Source of the DNA: a virus
Taxonomy: Duplodnaviria > Caudoviricetes
DNA: 25,910 bases
Virus record (IMG/VR): IMGVR_UViG_3300028633_000034
Coordinates: 1 to 25,910 of that record
Strand: one strand, 5' to 3'
The translations under genes were made by a program, and so were the position numbers. Below are positions 1 to 9,804 of the stretch, piece by piece. The notes under the pieces are model-generated. The model saw only the letters and a program-made list of their open reading frames with translations, had not been told where the DNA came from and did no database searches. The first letter of the stretch is position 1. Every line of letters begins with the position of its first letter.

Positions 1-1
1 T

Positions 2-757
2 TGCAAAAGTATTAGTATTACAAAATAAAGTTCCTACATCTTTTAAAGAAGACGTTATTATCAATAAATTACCATTTCTAGGTAATAAATGATATCCTTG
101 TATTATATCTTTAGTAACATTACCTATAAATTTTACTTTATTATTAAACGGTTGATAAATTTTTCTTATTTTCGTATTATCTATTTTACCAAAATCATAA
201 CAATAAGAAAGATAAGAACTTCCTATATAACGTTCTGAAGTTTTAGTTTTAATATAAAATGCAGTTATTGGTGATATATGTGCTTTCTCTAACCAGTCTT
301 GTGTTATATTATATTGATTCCAATATTCTATATCTTTTTTTCTAAATTTTACTTTCTTAACTAATATTTTTGTTAGTTCTTTATTAGTTTTCCAATTTAC
401 TTTAACCGGTTTTTTACTTAATTGTAATGTAAAATATGCAATATCTGAATCTATTAAATCTAAATTAAAATCTTGTATTATTTTTTTTAAAGCTTCTTTA
501 TAAGAAATATTATATTTCATCATTACATATTGAAAACAATTTAACGTACCTTCAATTCCAAAATCTTTGTACTTTAATTTATTGTTATTAGTATAAAATA
601 CCCTGCATGAAGGATGATTATCTTCTCTTAATTCTGATTTAAAAGAGACATTTATATCCTTCATTGACGGTATATAATATTTAAATATATCATATTCTGT
701 AATAAATGATAATATAGTTTCTTTTGTTAAAGGAAGCTTTATTTCATAATTTATCAT
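2..757 (-). CDS. DnaG-type DNA primase, crAss-like (runs off window start)
   Basis: Not in the ORF track; translated by hand from the ATG at 757, which overlaps the upstream stop (TAATG). Reads MINYEIKLPLTKETILSFITEYDIFKYY...SELREDNHPSC...YKDFG...KIYQPF...IQGYHLLP...LIITSSLKDV: a degenerate Zn-binding domain followed by the start of a TOPRIM-like region. Confidence 0.75.
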   Translation of the reverse strand, partial: MINYEIKLPLTKETILSFITEYDIFKYYIPSMKDINVSFKSELREDNHPSCRVFYTNNNKLKYKDFGIEGTLNCFQYVMMKYNISYKEALKKIIQDFNLDLIDSDIAYFTLQLSKKPVKVNWKTNKELTKILVKKVKFRKKDIEYWNQYNITQDWLEKAHISPITAFYIKTKTSERYIGSSYLSYCYDFGKIDNTKIRKIYQPFNNKVKFIGNVTKDIIQGYHLLPRNGNLLIITSSLKDVGTLFCNTNTFA

Positions 758-1317
758 TAATCCCAACTATTTTCTAAACTTTCTTTTAATCCAGAAGATT
801 TATTATCACTTGAAACTAATTTATCATATCTATTTAATTTTAATTTTGAAGGATTAACATTCATATTCTCTATAACTGGTGCAAATGATCTTAATGTTGC
901 AAAATTATCATTATTTAATACAACTACAACTCGAACTAAAATTTTATTTGGAATAACCTTTTTTAAATCTGCAGCTGCAACTCTAATTAAATCTTTGTAT
1001 GTTTTTACACCAGTTATACTATAAGATTCTCCTATAATATTCCTGGAAATATTAGCTATTATATTTTTCTTCTTTACGCTATCTTTATATAGATCATCTT
1101 CATTTTTTATAAAACCTCCTATTTTTGGCTCATAATAACGTCGATTTACTTTAAATGTATCTTTTATATCTGAAAACGTATATTCTATATAACTATTATT
1201 ATCTTCTTCACTTACTTTAACATCACTTAGGTACATGTTTTCTATTATACCTGGTTCAATATTTACAAATGTATTTTCATTATAGTTCTCATCAAAATTA
1301 TAATCTATTCTTTCCAT
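757..1317 (-). CDS. putative single-stranded DNA-binding protein
   Basis: 186 aa, between the AAA ATPase region and the primase, with a low-complexity tail ending ..ENSWD. Function is inferred mainly from context. Confidence 0.4.
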   Translation of the reverse strand: MERIDYNFDENYNENTFVNIEPGIIENMYLSDVKVSEEDNNSYIEYTFSDIKDTFKVNRRYYEPKIGGFIKNEDDLYKDSVKKKNIIANISRNIIGESYSITGVKTYKDLIRVAAADLKKVIPNKILVRVVVVLNNDNFATLRSFAPVIENMNVNPSKLKLNRYDKLVSSDNKSSGLKESLENSWD

Positions 1318-1355
1318 AATTTATTTATTTATTTGTTTGTTTGTTTATTTATTTA

Positions 1356-1784
1356 TTAATCACTAATTGTGTTATTGATTAATTGTTCTTCTACATAAAA
1401 ATAATTTTCTTCTATCAATTTACTTATTAATTTTAAACATTTAATACCATCAATAACGCATGGAATTCCAAATAACACTATATTACCGTATTCATTTGCT
1501 ATATCTACAAATCTTTTATATAAATAATCAAACAAATGTCCATTATTTATTATACCATTTTTATTTAAATTTATTGGAATTTTTATTGTTTTTCTATCTA
1601 TATCTGTAACATTTACAAAATATATATTATCTTCATAAGTACCTATTGTAATAATAGTTTTATTTATACTAGTATGCTTATCTTTTAAAGCTGATAAAGC
1701 TTCTTTATTAAGCTTAATATGCTTAGTTACTTTACCAGCTATATTTCTTGTATATAAATATATCATAGGAAATTGTTGTTCCAT
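1356..1784 (-). CDS. hypothetical protein
   Basis: 142-aa ORF in a tightly packed operon. Confidence 0.6.
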   Translation of the reverse strand: MEQQFPMIYLYTRNIAGKVTKHIKLNKEALSALKDKHTSINKTIITIGTYEDNIYFVNVTDIDRKTIKIPINLNKNGIINNGHLFDYLYKRFVDIANEYGNIVLFGIPCVIDGIKCLKLISKLIEENYFYVEEQLINNTISD

Positions 1785-1790
1785 TTTTAC

Positions 1791-2507
1791 TTAATTTTGT
1801 AATTTATAATAAGTTCTAATACGCTCATCAACTAATGATAATGAATTGGGTATTAAAAAATCATTAAACATCCCGTAAGGAGTATGTGCAGTACTTCTAT
1901 TTGAACTAGTTTCAAAACTGTAAGAAGCTTTTCCATTAACAAAATCAACATGTGTAAATAACACTATTGACATTTTAGATTCCAATTTTATTTTTTCTAA
2001 CTTTTTACCATTTGTAACTAGAGCTCTTGATTCATTACCGTCTACATTGGTATATAAACTAATATGGCCCATCAAATATACTATTAAGTCTGGTTTTAAA
2101 CTACTTATATTAACTATTAAAGCATAAATATCTCGTGCAAAATCATACCATTTATCATATGTCAATTTTTGAGCTTCTAACATTTCTCTATCTAACATGA
2201 CACCATTTATAGTATCTATTACAACACTTTTTATTGTTGTACTTTCTGAAGCTCTTTTTAATATTACGTTTATATCATCAATATCAGATGTTTTTATAAC
2301 ATTATTACTTGGAAATATATCTGCAAATGGTAAAGGTTTTTTATCTGAATTTATTAAAACAGTGGATTTCTGATTTAGTCCACTATATGTCTTCATATCC
2401 CATTCTAATGTTTGTGGATCTAAAGATATTGTACCATCTTTATTAGTTACTATCGAAGTGGTTTTTCCACTACCACTTTCTCCTAATACACCAACTGTCA
2501 TTCCCAT
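1791..2507 (-). CDS. AAA-family ATPase (AAA_24/Sak4-like)
   Basis: Walker A GESGSGKT, Walker B VVIDT, conserved GKKLEKIKLES and TAHTP. The ATG at 2507 is preferred over the track start at 2528. Confidence 0.75.
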   Translation of the reverse strand: MGMTVGVLGESGSGKTTSIVTNKDGTISLDPQTLEWDMKTYSGLNQKSTVLINSDKKPLPFADIFPSNNVIKTSDIDDINVILKRASESTTIKSVVIDTINGVMLDREMLEAQKLTYDKWYDFARDIYALIVNISSLKPDLIVYLMGHISLYTNVDGNESRALVTNGKKLEKIKLESKMSIVLFTHVDFVNGKASYSFETSSNRSTAHTPYGMFNDFLIPNSLSLVDERIRTYYKLQN

Positions 2508-2508
2508 A

Positions 2509-3117
2509 TTATTGTTCTTTTGGTTCAAGAAATATTAAATCAGAATAAGGCAATATATGCTTTAATTCTTCAAAAAATAATTTAAATGTATCATCTTTCT
2601 TTAAATATAACTCTCTTAACGTAAGATAACTTACTATTATATCTTTAGTTTGCAAATAATTTTTAAAATAATCTTCTGAAAAAGCAATTTCTCTATCTTC
2701 TTTTAAGATTTTATTTATTTCTTCTAACTTTTTATCACTTATATTTTCGTCAAAATCTTCTTTTGTTACTCCTATTCTTTTTAATATTCCAATATAACTA
2801 TCTGAATATAATGACTGAATTCTTTTATCTTCTAATAGCTTACTCCAGAATTTAATAGTAGCTTTAATTCTTAATATAACTATTATACCTTTTAAAGGTC
2901 TAATGTTAGAACCTTGTCTTAATACCATTTCTCTCAAAACATCTAAATCTTTTCGATTAACTGCTACCGAGGTTGAGTAATTTAAAACATTTCTTCTTAC
3001 TTCTTCTTGTTGTGGTAACTTCGTTATTACTGCACTTCTCGGATTCTTCCTTTGAGCTAAACTTAAATTGTTTAATACAGCTCCAAATCCCATGATTTCT
3101 TTGATTTCTACTTGCAT
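2509..3117 (-). CDS. ThyX-like fold protein, apparently degenerate
   Basis: EIMGFGAVL..., KGIIVILRIKATIKFW, SYLTLRELY and LPYSDLI resemble, from memory, the phage ThyX-like family. The usual conserved motif residues appear eroded. Confidence 0.45.
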   Translation of the reverse strand: MQVEIKEIMGFGAVLNNLSLAQRKNPRSAVITKLPQQEEVRRNVLNYSTSVAVNRKDLDVLREMVLRQGSNIRPLKGIIVILRIKATIKFWSKLLEDKRIQSLYSDSYIGILKRIGVTKEDFDENISDKKLEEINKILKEDREIAFSEDYFKNYLQTKDIIVSYLTLRELYLKKDDTFKLFFEELKHILPYSDLIFLEPKEQ

Positions 3118-3128
3118 GTGTTTCAGTT

Positions 3129-4253
3129 TTAATTAGTTATACTTTTGATATTTAATTGTAAGTTCTCTATATCTTTTGCAAATTTATAAACTTTTATGAT
3201 ATCTAAAGAATCTGCTGGAGGTAATTCTTCAAAATTATTTGAATCGCCAATGAAAAATAGTGGTAGTGATAAATTTGACTTACCATGTCTATTTATACTT
3301 ATGGATAGTTCTTTAAAACAATCTTTGAGTTTATAAATTTCGTATTTTTTATAAACTTCTATATCAAATTTATCTGGCGAAAATATACCAAACAATATAT
3401 CACAATCTCTGGATGTACATTTATTATCAGCTAATCCAGCTGCAGATGGTTTCAACTTATCAATGATAGATTCTCCTTTATAAGTAAATTGTTGCCTTTC
3501 TATTTCTAAAGCCTGTTGTTGTACTATAACAGGTATTATCTTATAATGATTTCTTAATCTGGACAACATACTACTTAAATCTGCAATAGCTTGATATAAA
3601 GTTTCTCCTTTTTCTGGAGTAATTAATCCTATATGATCTACTATGACAAATACAAATTCATTTTCGTCCATTGGTTCATATCTATCAAATATTTCTATTT
3701 CTTCACCAGTTTTAGTGGTTATTAATTTTTTATATATCTTACCACTGTTTTCAATATAATTCATTATAATCTTATATATTGATTTTGGTGTTTTAGCATC
3801 TTCTATGAATTCAGTAAATTTTAATACTTCTGTCACATATGTGTTGTAGATATTTTCTATTTGATAAGTCGTTTCTTCATCAATAATAAAATCTTTGTAT
3901 GATGACATCAATTTTTCTGGATTTATTATTTTTTTATAATCTTTAAATAATTTTCTAGATATAAGCATTAATTGTTTATATTCTGATGTTAGTTCTAAAG
4001 TAAAATAAAATATTTTTGGTTTTATATTTGTTTTACCTTTATTAGCTAAATACCAATCTATTACATTATAAGTAAATAAACTATCTGCTATTTGAGTTTT
4101 ACCTGATTTTGGACCTCCACTTACTAAATAATATCTTCCTTTTTGAATACCTGCTATCACATTATTTAATTTATTAAATGGCCACGGAATAGTTATTATC
4201 TCGCCATTTAATCTTTTATCTCTATTGAATTTTATGGTTTCTATTAAATTCAT
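3129..4253 (-). CDS. DnaB-like replicative helicase
   Basis: Walker A GGPKSGKT, YFTLE, Walker B VIVDHIGLI, IVQQQ and INRHG (arginine-finger region). Confidence 0.8.
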   Translation of the reverse strand: MNLIETIKFNRDKRLNGEIITIPWPFNKLNNVIAGIQKGRYYLVSGGPKSGKTQIADSLFTYNVIDWYLANKGKTNIKPKIFYFTLELTSEYKQLMLISRKLFKDYKKIINPEKLMSSYKDFIIDEETTYQIENIYNTYVTEVLKFTEFIEDAKTPKSIYKIIMNYIENSGKIYKKLITTKTGEEIEIFDRYEPMDENEFVFVIVDHIGLITPEKGETLYQAIADLSSMLSRLRNHYKIIPVIVQQQALEIERQQFTYKGESIIDKLKPSAAGLADNKCTSRDCDILFGIFSPDKFDIEVYKKYEIYKLKDCFKELSISINRHGKSNLSLPLFFIGDSNNFEELPPADSLDIIKVYKFAKDIENLQLNIKSITN

Positions 4254-4786
4254 AATGTTATCTCATTTGTTGGATTTTCTTCTAAGTTTAGTAAATAATC
4301 ACATATAGATGCTAATGTACTTATACCATCTTTATATATGAAGTAATGTGCTTGTTTTATATATAAATTATCTGTATGTTCTATATAATGTTTTGTAGCT
4401 CTTAATATTAAGTCTTCATCTCTAAATTTTTTATTATTTTTATAAAATTGTTTTAACTTTTTTAATACTCCTTGTTCATCTCCTTTCTTATTTTTTGGAA
4501 ATAACTCTCTTATTTTTTTAGTTAATTCAACAAAATCTATTTTATCTTTACTAAAAAGCTCTTCACTTTCAGAACGTAAAACAACCGTATTATCTTTATA
4601 TATAATATAGTTTAAATTTTCTAGTAATTTTAAAGCTTTATCAAATTCTTTTAAAGTATTATATTGATCAGAATATAAATCTTTTACTACATTGAATTCT
4701 AATTCATTTAGTAATTTTAAAAGAATGAATTCTCTTATTGGAAGTTTACTCTTTTTTACTATATCAATATCTATTTCTATTATCAT
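4250..4786 (-). CDS. putative replication initiator / helicase-associated protein
   Basis: N-terminal wHTH-like region, then LRELFP-like and YIKQAHYFIYKDG segments. Overlaps the helicase start. Confidence 0.45.
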   Translation of the reverse strand: MIIEIDIDIVKKSKLPIREFILLKLLNELEFNVVKDLYSDQYNTLKEFDKALKLLENLNYIIYKDNTVVLRSESEELFSKDKIDFVELTKKIRELFPKNKKGDEQGVLKKLKQFYKNNKKFRDEDLILRATKHYIEHTDNLYIKQAHYFIYKDGISTLASICDYLLNLEENPTNEITL

Positions 4787-4798
4787 TTTTTGTGATTT

Positions 4799-6121
4799 TT
4801 ATAATTCGTTTATATTTATTACTTCTGCTCTAGATAAATCAATATCTTTCATAGCATCTCTAAACCATTTCTCCATCTGTGTATTCTTTGTTTTAATTAT
4901 AAATGCATATGCAATATCATCTGGAGATAATCTATCTAATCTTCCAAAACGCTGACGTGTATTTATAGTAGATCCAACATAACTTTCAAGAATACCATAT
5001 TTTGTATTTTTTAAATTTACACTGGTATTTAATGAATTACAACCACCTATTTCTTTAACTTCATTAGAATTAAATCTTTTTAAATTGTACGTGTTGGTGT
5101 CTCTATTATTTTTACTATATATTCTATTATCTGTTATCTTTTCCAACTGATCATTAAGCTCTGAAAATAAAACTATTCTGGCTTCATGATCTTTCTCTCT
5201 GATTTTATTCTTTATTTGTAATGCTACATCAGCTCTTGTATTAGATAATAATAATAGATTTTTTCTGGCTTGTACTGTTCTTAAATAATTATAAGCTATT
5301 GCATTTTGTTCTTTAGTACCTTGTTTTTTCCAACCCCATGTAACAGCTATCTCCCAAATATCTTCTTTTAATTCTTTCTTTATATCATATATTTTATAAA
5401 ATGGATTAGTATTTCTTTCTATTTTTACTAAATCTATTAGTTTCTTTTTATATTCTTGAAATTTTGAATCATAATAAGTATATAAATCTAGCTCTCCTTT
5501 ATAAAATTTTCCCGTCTTAAACTGCACTAAAAATTTATGATCATTATCTAGTACATGCTCTATAATAAAATATTGCCTTTTATTTATTATACCATCTTTT
5601 GAACTATTTGTATAAGTAAATATTATTGGACAATATTTATTATATAATTCTAGTTTTTCTTCTTCATCTTTTCCAAAAGGAGTACCAGTTAATCCTATTA
5701 CTTTGTCATATTTTACTATGTTAAATATGTTCGAGTATTCTTTAGTTACTACACTATGTATTTCATCTACAACTAATAAATTATATTTTTCTGGTAATGG
5801 ATTTTCATATTTATAAATTAATTGTGAAGTTTTAAATTCAAATTTTATAGGTTTTGGTGTATCTTTATGTTCATATATGAACCCATATTTATTCTTAAAT
5901 CCCCACTTCTTTAATTCTTGTTTCCATACTTCTTCTAATAAAACACGTGAACTTACTAGAACTACATTATAAACTTCACCTTCTGTATTTCTACTATCTC
6001 TTAATATGAAATCTAGAACCATTTTTGTTTTACCTGTACCTGTAGATAATACAACTGTTCCTCCATTATTCTTTATAAGAGACTCTACTGCCTCATTTAT
6101 TATTATATCTCTTTTATCCAT
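4799..6121 (-). CDS. superfamily 2 (DExH) helicase
   Basis: Motif I TGTGKT, II DEIH, III LTGT, VI QRFGRLDR. Confidence 0.85.
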   Translation of the reverse strand: MDKRDIIINEAVESLIKNNGGTVVLSTGTGKTKMVLDFILRDSRNTEGEVYNVVLVSSRVLLEEVWKQELKKWGFKNKYGFIYEHKDTPKPIKFEFKTSQLIYKYENPLPEKYNLLVVDEIHSVVTKEYSNIFNIVKYDKVIGLTGTPFGKDEEEKLELYNKYCPIIFTYTNSSKDGIINKRQYFIIEHVLDNDHKFLVQFKTGKFYKGELDLYTYYDSKFQEYKKKLIDLVKIERNTNPFYKIYDIKKELKEDIWEIAVTWGWKKQGTKEQNAIAYNYLRTVQARKNLLLLSNTRADVALQIKNKIREKDHEARIVLFSELNDQLEKITDNRIYSKNNRDTNTYNLKRFNSNEVKEIGGCNSLNTSVNLKNTKYGILESYVGSTINTRQRFGRLDRLSPDDIAYAFIIKTKNTQMEKWFRDAMKDIDLSRAEVININEL

Positions 6122-6151
6122 TTTATGAGTTTATTTAATATGAATAATAAC

Positions 6152-7261
6152 TTAAGAATAATCACTTACATTGTGACTTTTTGTGTAAATTAAAAATTCT
6201 GGATTTTTAATTTTAACGTATTTTGGTAATACGGAATCTAAACTTTTAACCACTACACCTTCATGTGGTATTCTTGTATTTTTAAAATAAGCATTTTTAA
6301 CATATTTATCAAAAATAATATCTATACTTGTATATGTATGGTCATCTTCTAAAACAGGAATATATTCTAAATCAAGTTTTTTAACTATTTCTTTTGCTTT
6401 ATTTGGTTTGATATAACTATCATTTATCATTACATCAAAACAAAATAAATTTGTAGTTTTTAAAGAATATGTATAATTGTTTTGTATACCTTTTCCATAT
6501 ATCTCACCGTATATAATGAAGTTTACTAATTTGTTTGGATCTTCATTATATTTTACATATTCAAATAACTTCTTTTTAATTTTCAATCTTTTAGATATTT
6601 CTATATATACATTATTGTTTTTAGAATTTGATTTTAAATCTAAAATCTTTTTATGTGATCCTACCATATACTCAAAAAATGCCCATTTATCTCTTTTAAT
6701 ATAATATCTAAATAAATCTTTTAAACTTATTTTATTTTTTCTTACTATACCAAATCGTGCATTCGTTCCATGAATTTTCCTAGTTATTTGTAAAGATTCT
6801 CCTTTATAAAATATATTTGGTACGTCTTTAAAATTGGGTATGTTGTAATAAATTCTAAAATTTTCATTATCATTTAAAAACTTTTTGTCTGGAATAATTT
6901 TTTCTTGTTTTGGTTTATATATATTTAAAATATCACTTAAATCTTTTCTGTAATCAATATCTTTTATTTTATCTTTAATTAAATCTATAGGTAATATTAG
7001 ACATTCTGAATATATACCTTTTAGTTTTACAACATGCACAGTATTATCTTTATGCAAATATTTTTTTATACCAAAAGATTGTGCTAAATCTTCTGGTATA
7101 ATAGCACCTTCAGTTATTAAGATAACGTTATCATCTTTTTTAAACTCACCTTTTTTAACTATACATTGCCAACCTTCTACTAATGCTAATTCTATATTAT
7201 CTGCATTCTCAATAGGTTTTATTTCTCTGATTTTTGATATATAACATACCGAATTTTTCAT
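6152..7261 (-). CDS. RNA ligase, DRB0094-like family
   Basis: N-terminal IKPIENADNIELA..GWQCIVKK module, motif I KIHGTN, motif III YGEIYG, FDV, motif IV EGVVVK. Confidence 0.85.
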   Translation of the reverse strand: MKNSVCYISKIREIKPIENADNIELALVEGWQCIVKKGEFKKDDNVILITEGAIIPEDLAQSFGIKKYLHKDNTVHVVKLKGIYSECLILPIDLIKDKIKDIDYRKDLSDILNIYKPKQEKIIPDKKFLNDNENFRIYYNIPNFKDVPNIFYKGESLQITRKIHGTNARFGIVRKNKISLKDLFRYYIKRDKWAFFEYMVGSHKKILDLKSNSKNNNVYIEISKRLKIKKKLFEYVKYNEDPNKLVNFIIYGEIYGKGIQNNYTYSLKTTNLFCFDVMINDSYIKPNKAKEIVKKLDLEYIPVLEDDHTYTSIDIIFDKYVKNAYFKNTRIPHEGVVVKSLDSVLPKYVKIKNPEFLIYTKSHNVSDYS

Positions 7262-7299
7262 AAATTTATAAAGTTTTTAATTAGGTTACTATGTTAAGA

Positions 7300-7347
7300 T
7301 AAGATTTATATTCCAAATCTAAGGTAAGATTTATATTCTAAATCTAA
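7300..7347. repeat. two copies of a 23-bp internally palindromic repeat
   Basis: TAAGATTTATATTC(C/T)AAATCTAA at 7300-7322 and 7325-7347. Each copy contains AGATTT-N7-AAATCT. Confidence 0.7.
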
Positions 7348-7525
7348 ATCATTTTCAAATTTTTTTAATGTATCTTCAAAATTTTTCAACATATTTATTT
7401 TATATATAACTGGAACAAAATTTATGAGAATCACAGACTTTACTATCATCATAATCATTCTCTTTATTTTCAATTGTTTTCATATTAATAAGGTTTTAAT
7501 ATTTTATCGTTAATAAATAAAAGTT

Positions 7526-7680
7526 TTAAACTGTTTTAGTTATATCATCACCTTCTTCTTTAACCCTTCCTTTTTCAATCCACTTTATCAATTCAGACTT
7601 GTAGAAGTAGTTTATTTTTCCGCCGGGTTTGAAATAAGGTAGTTTTTTGTGATGAGTAAGATAATACAACGATCCTTTAG
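7526..7680 (-). pseudogene. 5'-truncated excisionase-like HTH (HTH_17) gene
   Basis: Hand translation TKGSLYYLTHHKKLPYFKPGGKINYFYKSELIKWIEKGRVK..*. No credible start, and an in-frame TGA lies upstream inside cassette A. Confidence 0.65.
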
Positions 7681-7692
7681 TTGTGTGTAATA

Positions 7693-8121
7693 CTACGTTC
7701 GTCCATCAAACACCACCACCATAGAATCGTGCATACCAGCCTTGCCCGTAACATATTCGCCTTTCGTATTTACACCGCAAAATTTTATTCTTCCCTTTAT
7801 AAATCGGATCTCTTTTTGGTTCGGCAATATAAAGTCGTGGAATAATCGGGTGCTTGTGCTTACAGGTAAAAGCATCACACATAATTTACCTTTTTTACTT
7901 TCTTCTATTGCCTTTTTTACGAAGGCATCTTTAAGTTTTCTGCTATAAGGTGGGTTAATAAAATTTCGCTCTTTCCACTCAATTTCAAGCCCGTTCCACT
8001 TTTCAATATCGTGCTTATACGGGCAAGGGTCAAAGTTAAAATTAAACTCTTTGTTCAATTCATCATAAAAGTATGGTGGTGTCGCCCAGTCATCTTTATG
8101 TGGTATGTTTCTATTCTTCAT
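7693..8121 (-). CDS. phage DNA N6-adenine methyltransferase (cassette A)
   Basis: DDWATP, FNFDPCP, FINPPY, LLPVSTST, IRFIKGRIKF. Confidence 0.9.
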   Translation of the reverse strand: MKNRNIPHKDDWATPPYFYDELNKEFNFNFDPCPYKHDIEKWNGLEIEWKERNFINPPYSRKLKDAFVKKAIEESKKGKLCVMLLPVSTSTRLFHDFILPNQKEIRFIKGRIKFCGVNTKGEYVTGKAGMHDSMVVVFDGRT

Positions 8122-8147
8122 AATTTCTGCTTATTTGCCCGTACTAC

Positions 8148-8243
8148 ACACAACAATGTGTATAAGTAATGGCACATTAAAATTTGTGGCATAATTCAAA
8201 GGTTCGGTGTATGTGCCACTACTCATACACTCGTCCGTTAGCG
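8148..8243 (+). repeat. attC-like site 1
   Basis: ACACAAC-AAT-GTGTATAAGTAATGGCAC...GTGCCACTACTCATACAC-TCGTCC-GTTAGCG. Confidence 0.8.
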
Positions 8244-8522
8244 TTCATTTGAAAAAGACACGTTGTAAATAGTTTCTTTTAACCTTTGACAAACACGCTT
8301 TAAATCATCTTCTGAATTTTCAATGAATGAAGCAGAAGCCCAGTGTGTTTTTGTTGACCACATTATCACTTTTTTACCTGCACTATTTCTGACAAATACT
8401 GAATATCCAAGTTCTTTAAGTTTCTTAATTAACGAATCAAACGACACGCTAACAGCACCTAAAAAACAGGCGGGGTTAGTCACTTCGTTGACAGTTTCAA
8501 ATAAATTCAATTGTTCATTCAT
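8238..8522 (-). CDS. hypothetical protein (cassette B)
   Basis: 94 aa. ATG inside att site 2; TAA stop is the TTA directly after the crossover G at 8237. Confidence 0.65.
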   Translation of the reverse strand: MNEQLNLFETVNEVTNPACFLGAVSVSFDSLIKKLKELGYSVFVRNSAGKKVIMWSTKTHWASASFIENSEDDLKRVCQRLKETIYNVSFSNER

Positions 8523-8579
8523 TTCATTAAATTTTGTGGGTAGTTTCCCGCCCGATTTTTTAGCTGCATCACGTTATGC
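8447..8579 (+). repeat. attC-like site 2
   Basis: CGCTAAC-AGC-ACCTAAAAAACAGGCGGGG...CCCGCCCGATTTTTTAGCTGC-ATCAC-GTTATGC. Confidence 0.8.
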
Positions 8580-8585
8580 ACAACC

Positions 8586-9413
8586 TTAAAAGAGCGTGCG
8601 TTCATTTATTATCGGTTCTAATCGCTTTTTGATTATATCGCAATATTCGGCAGAAATTTCTGACATAATACATTTGCGTTTGTTTAATATTGCCATCTTA
8701 CCTGTTGTTCCACTTCCCGCAAATGGGTCGTAAACAATATCTCCTTCGTTACTCCAAGATAAGATGTGGTCTTCTGATAGTTTATCTGGGAAAATTGCAG
8801 GGTGATTATGCTCTTTTTTTCCTCCTATATTATATCTCCATACATTGTACCTTTTTCCATATTCTTCTGGAGTGAAACTTTCTCTGTATGTCTTTGTCCC
8901 GTCTCGTTCTCTTTTCATTTTTTTGCCAGTACGATTTGTATGTATATTTTTTCTGTCCTTTATACCATTAAATGTTTTTGGAGAACCTTTACTAAAAATA
9001 AACATATACTCAAAAGTTTGATGATAGCGATTAGGAGATGGAAATCTAAAACCATTCTTTTCGTATATCATTGTATCGTGTAAATTAAATCCTATTTCCT
9101 TAAAAAACAACGCTTGGCGAAACGATGTCCCTGTTTCACTTCCTTTAATAGTAGCATCACCTACAACCCAAACAACTACACCGCCTTGTTTTGTGACTCT
9201 GTACAATTCTTTCGCCACGGATTCAAAATCAAAGCTATAACCATTATATGTTCTAAGATTGTCATAGGGAGGGCTTGTAACTGTTAAATCAATAAAGTTA
9301 TCAGGCATTCGTTTCATTGTGTCTAAATTACTCTCATTGAAAAGTAAAAAAGGCTGTGCATAACACTCGCTATATGCAATTTGGGGTTCAGTGGTATTCG
9401 TAATTTCGTTCAT
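8586..9413 (-). CDS. DNA N4-cytosine/N6-adenine methyltransferase, beta class (cassette C)
   Basis: Catalytic TSPPY precedes HPAIFP and the SAM-binding DPFAGSGTT. ATG inside att site 3. Confidence 0.92.
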   Translation of the reverse strand: MNEITNTTEPQIAYSECYAQPFLLFNESNLDTMKRMPDNFIDLTVTSPPYDNLRTYNGYSFDFESVAKELYRVTKQGGVVVWVVGDATIKGSETGTSFRQALFFKEIGFNLHDTMIYEKNGFRFPSPNRYHQTFEYMFIFSKGSPKTFNGIKDRKNIHTNRTGKKMKRERDGTKTYRESFTPEEYGKRYNVWRYNIGGKKEHNHPAIFPDKLSEDHILSWSNEGDIVYDPFAGSGTTGKMAILNKRKCIMSEISAEYCDIIKKRLEPIINERTLF

Positions 9414-9486
9414 TTAATTTACTTTTTTATAGTTTGATAGTGCAGTGCTTTTAATTCCCAAACTGCACATAGCGGAAACGTTAGTA
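9358..9486 (+). repeat. attC-like site 3
   Basis: GCATAAC-ACT-CGCTATATGCAATTTGGG...CCCAAACTGCACATAGCG-GAAAC-GTTAGTA. Confidence 0.85.
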
Positions 9487-9732
9487 GCAATGCAAAGGAA
9501 TCCGTTTATCACAGCTTTTTACTTCCCATTCAGCATACTTGCCCCATTTATTAACCGCAAATTGTACAGCGTCATCGTGCCTATGAAACAAAGCAACAGC
9601 TTTATCTTTATTCTCAGGTGATAATACTTTCCATCCCCAATTTGCTACATTCAGTTTTAATGCACTGCTACTAACAGGCGGTTTGCCGTCAGTGGCGGTT
9701 AAGTGCTTAATTTGGTCATTTGTGCTATTCAT
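9481..9732 (-). CDS. hypothetical protein (cassette D)
   Basis: 83 aa. ATG inside att site 4; stop at the crossover TTA 9481-9483. Confidence 0.65.
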   Translation of the reverse strand: MNSTNDQIKHLTATDGKPPVSSSALKLNVANWGWKVLSPENKDKAVALFHRHDDAVQFAVNKWGKYAEWEVKSCDKRIPLHCY

Positions 9733-9804
9733 AAATATTTGTATTAAAGTGAAACATTTGTGCTATTTATCGCCACCGAACGGCAAGCCGCTTGGGCGTT
9801 ATAT
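9669..9804 (+). repeat. attC-like site 4
   Basis: TACTAAC-AG-GCGGTTTGCCGTCAGTGGCG...CGCCACCGAACGGCAAGCCGC-TTGGGC-GTTATAT. Confidence 0.85.

Noticed and set aside
1-7261. Stop-codon reassignment as in some crAss-like phages
   Set aside because: Genes are full length and tightly packed under the standard code.
7310-7483. Small ORFs MKTIENKENDY.. and MIMMIVKSV..
   Set aside because: Short, overlapping in different frames and without motifs. Possibly a decayed gene, but not callable.
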